Below are positions 8,324 through 17,393 of a DNA stretch of 28,003 bases, one piece after another. This DNA comes from a virus. Its lineage: Duplodnaviria; Caudoviricetes. A model generated the notes under the pieces. The model was not told where the DNA came from. It worked only from the letters and a program-made list of their open reading frames with translations, and did no database searches. A program made the translations under genes and the position numbers. Each line of letters starts with the position of its first letter. Positions within the stretch are counted from its first letter, which is position 1. The stretch is taken from positions 1 through 28,003 of IMG/VR virus record IMGVR_UViG_3300027156_000035; one strand, given 5' to 3'.

Positions 8324-8944
8324 TTACATGCGCAGACCGATTACTGCGAAGTTACCTGCATAAGCGTCAGTAACGCTTGTGAGCGAGGTGCGTGAACCTG
8401 TGCCGAGAACGATGCCGAGTTTACCGTCATCAGTGTGGGCGCAGCCAGTGATCTTGCCGCCGTTTTCGGAAAGCTTGAAGCCCGAACCGACAGTAAGAGT
8501 TCCGTCAATCGCATTAGCAGAGAGGGTGAAGATACCGCGAGTAGCGACTGGAACGGCTTGGCCGGGCAGTACGCACATAAGCTCTTCAGCCTTCTGGCGA
8601 TAATAGAGAAGTTTTTCACCGTTCTCGTCAAACTTTGCAGTTTGACGGAGTGTGAGTCCAAGGCAGTTAGTCAAGTCGCCAGAGGCGGCTGGAGTAACTT
8701 TAAGATTTACCTTGGGGTATTGATTAACACCGACATGAGGGAAGTCGGTCTTGCCGAGATAAGAGTCGGAAGCGTATGAAACAGGGTCAAGGTCAAAGTT
8801 GCCAGCGGAAACTTTAACGAAGACTCCTGCGTCACCAGTTCCAACGCCGGTTACGTTTTCGTTGACAGCTGCGTCAACGAGAGCGTACATATTTACCACA
8901 TCATTGTCGTCGTATTGACGGAATGGTAGGAGACGATTTGCCAT
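8324..8944 (-). CDS. Capsid decoration/cement protein (206 aa)
   Basis: Sits between the scaffold and capsid genes with the same codon bias as the capsid gene; G/beta-rich (LGLTL, VPVATRGIFTL, LGIVLG); AAGGA Shine-Dalgarno. Confidence 0.65.
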   Translation of the reverse strand: MANRLLPFRQYDDNDVVNMYALVDAAVNENVTGVGTGDAGVFVKVSAGNFDLDPVSYASDSYLGKTDFPHVGVNQYPKVNLKVTPAASGDLTNCLGLTLRQTAKFDENGEKLLYYRQKAEELMCVLPGQAVPVATRGIFTLSANAIDGTLTVGSGFKLSENGGKITGCAHTDDGKLGIVLGTGSRTSLTSVTDAYAGNFAVIGLRM

Positions 8945-8967
8945 ATTAGTTGTCCTTTAATTGTTTG

Positions 8968-8973
8968 TTACAG
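8968..8973 (-). promoter_or_regulatory. CTGTAA variant late promoter element upstream of the decoration/capsid genes
   Basis: AATTAACTGTAACAAACAATTAAAGGAC in the intergenic gap; the motif is 23 nt upstream of the ATG at 8944. Confidence 0.55.
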
Positions 8974-8983
8974 TTAATTTTTA

Positions 8984-9691
8984 TTATTTAGAATAGCTTA
9001 CGCTAATATTTTCGCGAGAGAAAGCTTTTGCGAACTTCTCACGGAAAGACTGCTCGACAGCGATTTTGCTATCGGGGGCCTTATTGGTGGCTGTAGCATT
9101 ATCTAATGCGGCAGCGACATCAGCCTTTTTCTCTTCCTCTACCTTTACTTCGGCAGTGGCAGAAGCTTTGCTGACTTCTTTAAGACGAGCCTCAACTTGC
9201 TCAGAGATTTTCTTTTCAATCTCGGCGGCTTGGGCTTTGATAAACTCTTTATTCTTGTGCTTCCATACGGTAGCGAACTTCTCTTTGTAAGAAGCAAAAG
9301 CCTCTTCTGTCGCCTCAAGAGCTTGAACTTCGCCAATGATAAGTTTACGGTCGTCATCGTTGAGTTCATAAGCGGCGTCGAGTTCACCAACACGGGCATT
9401 AAGACGAGCTACAGCCTCTTCTTGCGCTTGGGCTTCTTTAATTTTATTAAGCTCTTCTTGTGTTTTGGCAAGTTCTGCCTTCATTGATTCTACTGAAGCG
9501 ACTGTCTCATTGTAAAGCTTCTCGGCTTTGTCTTTAGCGGCCTTCTCAGCTGCAATGGAGTCGCGATACTCTGCGTCCTTCTGTTTGATAGCTTCAGCGA
9601 AATGGCTGGTCATTGAAGCGACAGCCTCTTCGCCAAATTTCTTTTCAAGAAGAGCAGACTTTAACTCTGTGATAAGTTTTTCTAAGTCCAT
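8984..9691 (-). CDS. Probable nested in-frame scaffold protein (235 aa, MDLEKLITELKS...)
   Basis: An in-frame ATG at 9691 opens the coiled-coil region and is preceded by ATGTAAAAACAATAAACCAT, resembling the 8968 element. Composition shifts at about this point. Confidence 0.6.
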   Translation of the reverse strand: MDLEKLITELKSALLEKKFGEEAVASMTSHFAEAIKQKDAEYRDSIAAEKAAKDKAEKLYNETVASVESMKAELAKTQEELNKIKEAQAQEEAVARLNARVGELDAAYELNDDDRKLIIGEVQALEATEEAFASYKEKFATVWKHKNKEFIKAQAAEIEKKISEQVEARLKEVSKASATAEVKVEEEKKADVAAALDNATATNKAPDSKIAVEQSFREKFAKAFSRENISVSYSK

Positions 9692-10570
9692 ATGGTTTAT
9701 TGTTTTTACATTTTTTATCTGTAAAATGGAATTTGATTTTTTATTCGTTAAAAATGCACTGACTTCTTCGATGCAATTTTCATTAGCTTCAACCTCTTCA
9801 TTTTTCTTTTCGTCCTCTTGAACAGAAAATGACGGAGCATCTTCAAATGCTACAACACCATTGACTTGCGCGGCTGGATTAGTTGTGAAACCCCCGCCTA
9901 AAGGATAAATCTCTCCAACTATTAATCTGTAAACCGGAGTTCCATCTTTTAATTTACCGGCTCCACCTTTTGCTTTTAAAAATTGAGAAAATTCTTGAAT
10001 TTGTTTTGGATCTGTGATAATATCAGCCTCTTTTAAAGACTGACTTCCAACTGCTAAATAATAATTACTAAAACCAATTTCCCAACTCGCAGAAATAGAA
10101 TTGTAAAAAGAATCTTTTGGATCAGAATTTCTTAGCATTAACGATGTAAATTTTTTGTCAACAGTTTTATAAATAACACCGGCAACTGATAGATAAACAG
10201 GATCAAGAGTTTTACCAACTTCCTCTTCTGTTAAAAATTTATTATCTCCAATTCTATTGAAAGAATAATTTGTAATGTGTCCGATTACACGTTCTTTGTT
10301 GTGTTCAATATTAAGATACTTATTCATGAAACGCTTTGCAATCTTTGATGCAGTAGCGCCAGAAATACCATCGCCGTTGTTATTGATCATGTTTGGAACG
10401 GCGAGATTAAAAGAAACCCCGAGAAGATCAGGATTATCTTCAAAATCTATTTTTGGAGAAAGTTTTTTTAATTCATCCAAAGAAGCTTTGGAGATTTTAA
10501 AACGTTCGTCCGAAATACCATAACAAGCGACAGCAACATTGTCCAAAATCGTGCTATACTTGAATGCCAT
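8984..10570 (-). CDS. Prohead maturation protease fused to a coiled-coil scaffold (528 aa)
   Basis: N-terminal protease-like motifs LNIEHNKERVIGHI (His), ISASWEIGF (Ser) and GFTTNPA; the C-terminal half is an E/K/A-rich coiled coil; located between portal and capsid genes. Confidence 0.85.
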   Translation of the reverse strand: MAFKYSTILDNVAVACYGISDERFKISKASLDELKKLSPKIDFEDNPDLLGVSFNLAVPNMINNNGDGISGATASKIAKRFMNKYLNIEHNKERVIGHITNYSFNRIGDNKFLTEEEVGKTLDPVYLSVAGVIYKTVDKKFTSLMLRNSDPKDSFYNSISASWEIGFSNYYLAVGSQSLKEADIITDPKQIQEFSQFLKAKGGAGKLKDGTPVYRLIVGEIYPLGGGFTTNPAAQVNGVVAFEDAPSFSVQEDEKKNEEVEANENCIEEVSAFLTNKKSNSILQIKNVKTINHMDLEKLITELKSALLEKKFGEEAVASMTSHFAEAIKQKDAEYRDSIAAEKAAKDKAEKLYNETVASVESMKAELAKTQEELNKIKEAQAQEEAVARLNARVGELDAAYELNDDDRKLIIGEVQALEATEEAFASYKEKFATVWKHKNKEFIKAQAAEIEKKISEQVEARLKEVSKASATAEVKVEEEKKADVAAALDNATATNKAPDSKIAVEQSFREKFAKAFSRENISVSYSK

Positions 10571-10573
10571 ATT

Positions 10574-12508
10574 TTATTTTACAGCAGAATGATGCAAAAT
10601 GGCCGCAGAATATTCATCGAGTAAAAATTCGTCAGCTGTATCAAGAACAGATTTCATTGGTTGCAATCTTTCAATTTCATCAAGATTAGCCATGCACTTT
10701 TGAACATTTGTTACCCAATCTTGTCTTGAACTTGATGCAATAACCTTCTTGCATAAATTTACTATATTTGATTTTTGCTCTTCGCTTAAAGAAGCTACGG
10801 CAAATTTTTTAGCAGCGAAATCCTCTGCTGCTTTCATAAAAGCATCTATCTCGTAAATTGTTGTTTGAATATCTTTTCTTGATGCTGTAGCCCCTAAAGG
10901 TCTTCCTGCTCCAGATTGTGTCGGAGCAGCAGTTGGAGCAGCCGCTGTAGGATCAGAAGATTCTGATTGAATCATTGGAACTCCACCAACAATTGGATTG
11001 TAATATCCTTTTTCTCTATCCGAGACGAACTTTTGCTGCGCGGGCGCGAGGTCAGTTGGGTCTGGAAGTTTGCCGTTATTAATTGATTCGATACCTTGTT
11101 CTGGAGTAAGAACACCAATCTCCATTAAACGACTGATTGTTCTCATGTATTGAGTTTCATCCTTCAAATCAATTTCAGTAAATTTGGCAGTTGGCCAAGA
11201 ACGAAAGCCTAAATCTTTTGATATGCGAATAATTTCTGGCTGAAGAACATCGTTAAGAAATGCATTTCTAACTTCTTTTAAACGCTCCATGAAAAAGCTA
11301 ATTTTCGCACTTTGACCATTATACTTTTCGTTTCCGAGCATAACGTTCATCAAACCTTCTTTAATATCTTCGTTTAGAATTTCGTATTTTTCTCTACCTA
11401 CAACTTTTTTCAAATCAGGGATAACAAAGTCCGCTCTAGTTGTATAATCTGAAACAAGAACGCGACCGACGCTTTCATTCATAAATAAGTTTTGCATGGC
11501 AGTCATATTCGCGGGATTAATACCGCCTTTATCTGGCTCCGCTCCCATCGTAATCAAAAGAATTACATTCTCTACAGTGCGGGCAATTGCTTGATCAATG
11601 CGTTTTAGTTCAATCTTTGCGTTAATATCTTCAAGAACAGGATAAGCAAAAGGAACTGCAAATGGCTCGTAATCTTGTTTTTTGTAAAAAGAATAAAGCA
11701 AATACTTTGGATCAAGTTTCATTTTCAAACCATCTCTAAAATATTGCTTACCTTTAATTTGTTTTTGAATTTCTGGATCAAATCCATTAAGAAGCTCAAC
11801 ATCCGCATCATCTTTAGGATTTTTTAAACGCTCAAGCTCGTATTCAGAAAGAATTTTTTCGTAAACGGCCTCTGCAAATGAGCTAGATATTTTAGCAACA
11901 ATATCATATGGATTAATTAAAATATAACGAAGAGGGACTTTATTATTCTTAATTCCATTTTCGCTCAAACCAGAAAGTAGCTTAAAATCTTCTGCATTAA
12001 ACTTACCGTCAATTCGATAAAGAAAAATATTTCCACTGCGATAATACTCGCGAAAATACTGATCTTTTAATTTCCAAAGTTTGATTTTATCAAACCATTT
12101 TTGAAAAAATTCTCTACTTCTTTCAGTCCCACCTTCAAGATAAACATCCGTATTAGCAAACTCAGTAGCTATATCTATAGTATTTCTAACTATCGCGACA
12201 TTAGCATAAGCTTTTTGGCAAAGCATAATTGCGTCTCTTATATCTACTCCGTCTTTTGTATATTCATATGGCAGAATGCCTTGGCTCAGTAAAGAATAGC
12301 GACCGACATGAATATCTGTTCCGTTTCTGGGAATTCTTGTTTTTGTAGGCGAATCTGTTTGCGTTGACCTAACAGAAGCATTTGAAACCTCTTTGTAAAA
12401 AGGCTCACCCATAAGTTTTGGCTCATAAGAGGCTTGCGAAACTTGAACTGGCTGAATTTTATTAAACCTTGTCCAATAATCAGACTTTTTGTTATATTGA
12501 CGAGCCAT
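10574..12508 (-). CDS. Portal protein (644 aa)
   Basis: Lies between terminase and protease. Portal-like motifs IVRNTIDIATEF, YFREYYRSGNIFLY and MEIGVLTPEQG, with a low-complexity linker ending GAGRP. Confidence 0.85.
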   Translation of the reverse strand: MARQYNKKSDYWTRFNKIQPVQVSQASYEPKLMGEPFYKEVSNASVRSTQTDSPTKTRIPRNGTDIHVGRYSLLSQGILPYEYTKDGVDIRDAIMLCQKAYANVAIVRNTIDIATEFANTDVYLEGGTERSREFFQKWFDKIKLWKLKDQYFREYYRSGNIFLYRIDGKFNAEDFKLLSGLSENGIKNNKVPLRYILINPYDIVAKISSSFAEAVYEKILSEYELERLKNPKDDADVELLNGFDPEIQKQIKGKQYFRDGLKMKLDPKYLLYSFYKKQDYEPFAVPFAYPVLEDINAKIELKRIDQAIARTVENVILLITMGAEPDKGGINPANMTAMQNLFMNESVGRVLVSDYTTRADFVIPDLKKVVGREKYEILNEDIKEGLMNVMLGNEKYNGQSAKISFFMERLKEVRNAFLNDVLQPEIIRISKDLGFRSWPTAKFTEIDLKDETQYMRTISRLMEIGVLTPEQGIESINNGKLPDPTDLAPAQQKFVSDREKGYYNPIVGGVPMIQSESSDPTAAAPTAAPTQSGAGRPLGATASRKDIQTTIYEIDAFMKAAEDFAAKKFAVASLSEEQKSNIVNLCKKVIASSSRQDWVTNVQKCMANLDEIERLQPMKSVLDTADEFLLDEYSAAILHHSAVK

Positions 12509-12524
12509 TTTCTTATATTAAAAG

Positions 12525-12530
12525 TTACAC
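12525..12530 (-). promoter_or_regulatory. GTGTAA putative late promoter element upstream of the portal gene
   Basis: TTTTGGTGTAACTTTTAATATAAGAAAATG; the motif is 16 nt from the ATG. Confidence 0.65.
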
Positions 12531-12549
12531 CAAAAGTCTCAAAAGTACT

Positions 12550-13548
12550 TTAATTTTCTATAGCTAGAATGTCATCGTCCGAACAATATTTGACTTCTTT
12601 ACATATCATTCGCCCATTTTGATCGGTTATTTCGAATTTAACTATATCGTTAATCGCCAGTGAACTTCCAGTTAGCCAAACATCTTTTTGAGTTAAAAAA
12701 GAATTATCTAATTTAGAATTTAAATAAATCTTAACGTTCAAAACTAAAGATTTAGAAAAATTGTAAAAAAATGGCTGAATAATACCATTTTTTCTTTTTA
12801 GTATGAGAGCGTATTGATTTGCAATAAAATTTATATCATCGTATCTAAAATTTAAACAATCTTGATCAACAACGTTTTCAAAATAATCAACTGGAATCAA
12901 ATGAACAAATTCCTCAAACTGTTTTAAATAAAAGCCAAAACAATATTCATATGGCATCCAAGGAAAAATTGTTTTGCATATCTGAGGATCATATAAATCT
13001 TTTTCATTCGAAGGGTAAGAAAATGTTTGATTAAAAAATTTAATATTAGCAAAATAATGATTTGTGTATCTAAATGTATTGTCTTTTTGAGATCCAACAG
13101 CACAAAACTTTATTTTAGAATTATTTAATATATTTAAATTTTCTACATAATAATTGATATTTGGAACAATAACATCGTCCTCTGTATAAAGAGCAGTTTC
13201 AAAACCCAATTTTTCTGCAAGTCCAAATAATAATTTTGTATTTCTGCTTATTGTCGGATCAACATTACCAACGAATATAAGAATGCCATTATTTGGAGGC
13301 AAAGCTGTTAAAGAAACATGGTCTTTACCTTCAAGCTGACACTTTTTGTGATACAGTGCAGATTTTACTATTTTTTCTTTGTTCAAAAAAAAGTAATCAA
13401 CTGAATTAATAATATCGCTATTAACTTCGCATCCAGAACACAATATGATAGGACAACCAATCTCTTTTAGTTTAGAGATTTGTTTTTTTAATGTTAAAAT
13501 TTTTTTTTCTGAATTAGGAAAAGAATTTATTAAAACTACATTTTTCAT
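12550..13548 (-). CDS. AT-rich hypothetical protein, possible GT-A-fold glycosyltransferase (332 aa)
   Basis: N-terminal alpha/beta pattern (VVLINSFP...PIILCSG) and an acidic DxD-like motif after a hydrophobic strand (TALYTEDDVIV). ATGA overlap with TerL. The function is weak inference; the CDS itself is well supported. Confidence 0.45.
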   Translation of the reverse strand: MKNVVLINSFPNSEKKILTLKKQISKLKEIGCPIILCSGCEVNSDIINSVDYFFLNKEKIVKSALYHKKCQLEGKDHVSLTALPPNNGILIFVGNVDPTISRNTKLLFGLAEKLGFETALYTEDDVIVPNINYYVENLNILNNSKIKFCAVGSQKDNTFRYTNHYFANIKFFNQTFSYPSNEKDLYDPQICKTIFPWMPYEYCFGFYLKQFEEFVHLIPVDYFENVVDQDCLNFRYDDINFIANQYALILKRKNGIIQPFFYNFSKSLVLNVKIYLNSKLDNSFLTQKDVWLTGSSLAINDIVKFEITDQNGRMICKEVKYCSDDDILAIEN

Positions 13549-15413
13549 CTGGCAAAAAATGGAACAAAAGTTGCGGAATTTTTTTCCGCTTTTATGTCCA
13601 TCATGTCATAATATATTTTAGTCATCCAATTTCCAAGCACCAAACAAGCATAAGAGTCTTTTCTAGTTTTCTCCGCGCCGCTTTGTTTTTTTAATTCTGG
13701 AGGCAGATCAAAACTTTGATGACCGTTTGCGGTCGTTGTTGGGATAATCAGCGAACATTGAGCTTTAACCAATTCAATCATGTCTGCCTGATGATCAACA
13801 AAATCAACCATCTTAGCTTCGATACTTTGAGTATCTTCATGGTCACGAATAAATTTTAAATTTTTGATTGGAATAGTTTTACTTTTTTGCGATGTAAAAT
13901 CGTCGTCTACGGCTTCAGCAGCAAATAATATCTTTCTATGATCAAAATTTGATTGAAGCAATTCATTCGCATATCTTATCCAGCCACTAGTAGGTATTCG
14001 AAGATAACAAATTCTACCAGAGCTTTTGCTGTAAACATTTCTTGCTTTTCTTAATTCATCTTGATAAGTTTCTGGAGTATCAAAATCTGCTTCAAATGTT
14101 TTAACTTCTATTTTGCTATTCTTAAACAGTTCACTTTCATTTGCAGCATTTATAAATTGCAATCCTCCGTTATAGTCACCGCACATAGCGACAATATTAA
14201 AGCTAGTCAACAAATAATGAAGATACTCAATATGTTTTCTTAAATTAGTTCCAGACAAAGCGTAGTTATGCACGACAATTCCTTTACGATTTGTTTTGTC
14301 GAGCTTAATAACGTTCATGGCAAAATCGTCAGACGATTCGTTTTCTGCCCAAGACGGGTCAAAACTTAATATATATTCTGCATTTTTTTCTCCAGCAACT
14401 TCAATTGCTTGCCCTTCTCCAGCTTTAATTGTGCATTCATGCATTTTACTCAGTTTAAAATACCCAGACGAATCATCAACAAATTGAGATCCAAATTCTC
14501 TTTTGAATTGAGATTCTGACATGGTTGCTTTTGCTTGAGTTAACAAACTTTCATCATACAGGCCATGAGGAGCCACATCGTAAGAAAAATGCAAGATAGC
14601 TCTTGTAGCTCCTCCTTTAGCATTTCTTTCTGGCGTAATGATTAAGTCTTCATATTGCTTATAAAGTTTATACATGTACTCAAACTGATAAGACGCAGAA
14701 GAAAGAACAATAATTTTATTATTAGGCCAAACAAATCGATCCTCTTCTTTCATTTCGCCACGCTTAATAAGCTCCGTTTCCAAGTCGTAAACTTGTTTTC
14801 TTTCAGTTGGGTTTTGTACAACAGAAAGGAAGGGGATAATAACTTCGTTAAAAATGCGATCTGGCATAAGCAAAAACTCATCAATCATCATACGGTGAAA
14901 GCGAAAACCACGGAGTTTTTCACCGTCGCCAAGAGGCAAACAAGTAATCTTACTGCGTCCAAATTCCATTGTCCATTCGTCTGAACTTTTAGAAACCTTA
15001 GTTATACATTGTTTTAAAAATACGGCATTAGGCTTTTCTGCAATTTCTTCTATCTTGCGGAAAATCATCTTTGCCTGACGAAATGTTTTACTAACAATAC
15101 CAATATGTACCCCTTGATTCAATATTGCATCAAGAGATGCAAACACTGCACAAGTGAAACTTTTTGAAAGTCCACGGCTCCACACCATCATAGAGTAATC
15201 TGTTTCAAACATGGTTTTGATCGCCATATGTTGAAATGGAAATAGCTTAACGCCGCAAATAATTTCCGAAGAAAACGAAATATTTGAACGCAAAAATTTA
15301 TAGAGAAGAATTTTAGCGTCTCTTTCTTCCAAGAACCCTTGTTTACTAAGGATTTCTTGGTTTACGTTACGGAATAAGCTTTTTCTTTTTTGGTTTCCTT
15401 CGATCCAAGCCAT
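13545..15413 (-). CDS. terL: Terminase large subunit (622 aa)
   Basis: Q motif LFPFQ, Walker A-like SRGLSKS, LRGFRF, Walker B MMIDE, coupling motif LSSA, FKREFGSQF, RNase H-like ILSFDPS...SDDF, and C-terminal KDSYAC. Confidence 0.92.
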   Translation of the reverse strand: MAWIEGNQKRKSLFRNVNQEILSKQGFLEERDAKILLYKFLRSNISFSSEIICGVKLFPFQHMAIKTMFETDYSMMVWSRGLSKSFTCAVFASLDAILNQGVHIGIVSKTFRQAKMIFRKIEEIAEKPNAVFLKQCITKVSKSSDEWTMEFGRSKITCLPLGDGEKLRGFRFHRMMIDEFLLMPDRIFNEVIIPFLSVVQNPTERKQVYDLETELIKRGEMKEEDRFVWPNNKIIVLSSASYQFEYMYKLYKQYEDLIITPERNAKGGATRAILHFSYDVAPHGLYDESLLTQAKATMSESQFKREFGSQFVDDSSGYFKLSKMHECTIKAGEGQAIEVAGEKNAEYILSFDPSWAENESSDDFAMNVIKLDKTNRKGIVVHNYALSGTNLRKHIEYLHYLLTSFNIVAMCGDYNGGLQFINAANESELFKNSKIEVKTFEADFDTPETYQDELRKARNVYSKSSGRICYLRIPTSGWIRYANELLQSNFDHRKILFAAEAVDDDFTSQKSKTIPIKNLKFIRDHEDTQSIEAKMVDFVDHQADMIELVKAQCSLIIPTTTANGHQSFDLPPELKKQSGAEKTRKDSYACLVLGNWMTKIYYDMMDIKAEKNSATFVPFFAR

Positions 15414-16342
15414 GATTTATCCTTATCTAAAAAATATTGAACATCAACATCCCAAAGAACACTGCCAATTGCAGTTAATTTCGGTATAAGAATTTCACTG
15501 TTAGTTCTATTGCCAGAAAATATAAATTGACAGTACCCCGCAAACTCATGCTGCAACAATCGCATATTATGATATATAAATTTTAAATTCGCCTTATGAG
15601 GAGTAAAATCATTGTTACTACTTATACGTTCTAAAGTTGATTCTACAACAACGAATAGATAACACTCCATGTCTTTGCATCTTTGCAGTTCGCGCCTAAA
15701 TCTATCTAAATTTTCACCAACTAAAGTTCCTTTAAAATCGGATTCAGATTTTCTGTCTACAAATGTTTTTGTATAATTTGAACCACTAGCAGTATAGTCG
15801 CCAAAGTCTAGTTTGACTTTTCTTTCTTTTTGAAAAGAAAGAGGCTGCTGTTCTCTTGTATCTACAAATATCTCTACATTTGAGAAGTCTTCGTAAAACT
15901 TTCTAGGTAAACTGCGCCTAAACATAGGTTCTATCCCAACTTCGTCGCAAACTTTAGAATAAGTACCAAAATGTTTTTTATAAATATCTATGCTCGGCAT
16001 TTCACTTGTTTCCAATTCTAAATGACAAGGAGCATATTTTAAATCTTTAGCTTTGATTCTGTAAGCTAACATTTTTTTGATTTGCTGTTTTACAGTTTCG
16101 GAAGATTCTATTTCGCACCATCTTAATAACTGACTTCTGTTTTCGAAATCTTTTTCGAAATAAGAATCTTTGTCTTTGAAAGGCAAATAAGTTCCTGTTA
16201 AAAGGTTTTTTCTAGGATAATGAGTGAGATAATATTCATTAAGGCCAATCTTATGCTTTTTTAAATGTGCATGGAGGCTCCTCTCAGAAAGAAAGGAACT
16301 GTGGCATATTTTGCAACAGTTGGTATTATCAGACTGCATCAT
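15362..16342 (-). CDS. C2H2 zinc finger plus ERCC4/XPF-Mus81-like nuclease domain protein (326 aa)
   Basis: CKIC...F.....L..HLKKH finger; IFVDTREQQP...LDFGDY...VDRKSESDF nuclease motif. Confidence 0.8.
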   Translation of the reverse strand: MMQSDNTNCCKICHSSFLSERSLHAHLKKHKIGLNEYYLTHYPRKNLLTGTYLPFKDKDSYFEKDFENRSQLLRWCEIESSETVKQQIKKMLAYRIKAKDLKYAPCHLELETSEMPSIDIYKKHFGTYSKVCDEVGIEPMFRRSLPRKFYEDFSNVEIFVDTREQQPLSFQKERKVKLDFGDYTASGSNYTKTFVDRKSESDFKGTLVGENLDRFRRELQRCKDMECYLFVVVESTLERISSNNDFTPHKANLKFIYHNMRLLQHEFAGYCQFIFSGNRTNSEILIPKLTAIGSVLWDVDVQYFLDKDKSWLGSKETKKEKAYSVT

Positions 16343-17393
16343 CTAATGATATTCCTAATATGCGCGCCTTCCATTCTACCATACTTTCCATTTTTTTTGC
16401 TTCTTCTGCAACGAGAGATTTTTGCATTTCGGCAATTTTAATCATATTGGCTCGCTCTTCTTCATCTTGGAAAAGTTGCACAATAGAAAGAATAGAAGCA
16501 TTCTCTTTATGTTTAGAAGATATTCTTTCTCTTCTGTCTCCTTGTAATTTTTTAATTAAGCTTTCTACTCTGCCTTCGCACTGATGATATTCGCTGCTTT
16601 TAGCTTTAATAATTTCGGCTAAACGAATACTCATTTCATTTTGCTCTTGAGTTTCCTCAAACATTTTGTTTAATTTGTCCAAATGGCGAGAAGTAGTTTC
16701 TAAATTAATAATTTCTTTGCAAACATTCATATACAAATTAACTTCATCCGCTGTCAAATCTGGTTTATCCCAAGTCATGCGGATGAATTCTTGTTCAAAA
16801 ATATTTCTATCCTCTTCTGAAGTGTAACAGTTTATAATTTTTTGAAAACGAGAATTTAGTAAATTAATTGCGAGTTTTTCTGCACAAACCTTTTGCTGTC
16901 TTGTTAACCGATCTTTATCAATTTTTTCTCCAGTGGCTTCGTTGATTCGATTAATCACACGTTCTATTGAACGTGGAGTTTGATATTTAACAAACATCGC
17001 ATCATCTGATGTGGCGTTATTTTCACAACCAGAATTTCTGATGTAAGAGCCAACAGTTCTATGTTCAAGACCCATTGCTGATATCGGCCTATCTGGAAAA
17101 AGAAGCTCCGCTATTCTCAGAGCCGAAATACCATTTTTTGCTTGATCTTCAATAAATTGTTCTTGTTCTGGAGTCAGTGGTAAATCACCTACTTTTTCGT
17201 ATTTTGATGTTTTATATTGAATTTTATTTGAGGCCAATAAAGATCTGATAGCAATTCCTTGCCTCGTTCTTCCATCAAGAGCTTCATCATTAAAAAATTT
17301 TCGAGTTATAGTATTTAGATCAGGAAATTCTTTCGCAAGTTCGATAATTTTTTGACGATCCTCTTCACTAAAGCTAATTTTATTATTTGCCAC
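16329..17393 (-). CDS. HTH plus coiled-coil protein, candidate terminase small subunit (354 aa)
   Basis: Two HTH-like segments (FSEEDRQKIIELAKE...; LTPEQEQFIEDQAKNGISALRIAELL) and a helical C-terminus, upstream of TerL. Function inferred from position only. Confidence 0.45.
   Translation of the reverse strand: MANNKISFSEEDRQKIIELAKEFPDLNTITRKFFNDEALDGRTRQGIAIRSLLASNKIQYKTSKYEKVGDLPLTPEQEQFIEDQAKNGISALRIAELLFPDRPISAMGLEHRTVGSYIRNSGCENNATSDDAMFVKYQTPRSIERVINRINEATGEKIDKDRLTRQQKVCAEKLAINLLNSRFQKIINCYTSEEDRNIFEQEFIRMTWDKPDLTADEVNLYMNVCKEIINLETTSRHLDKLNKMFEETQEQNEMSIRLAEIIKAKSSEYHQCEGRVESLIKKLQGDRRERISSKHKENASILSIVQLFQDEEERANMIKIAEMQKSLVAEEAKKMESMVEWKARILGISLDDAV

Noticed and set aside
7158-15413. 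Inteins or introns in capsid, portal or terminase
   Set aside because: The ORFs are continuous and of plausible length, with no splicing or LAGLIDADG motifs seen.
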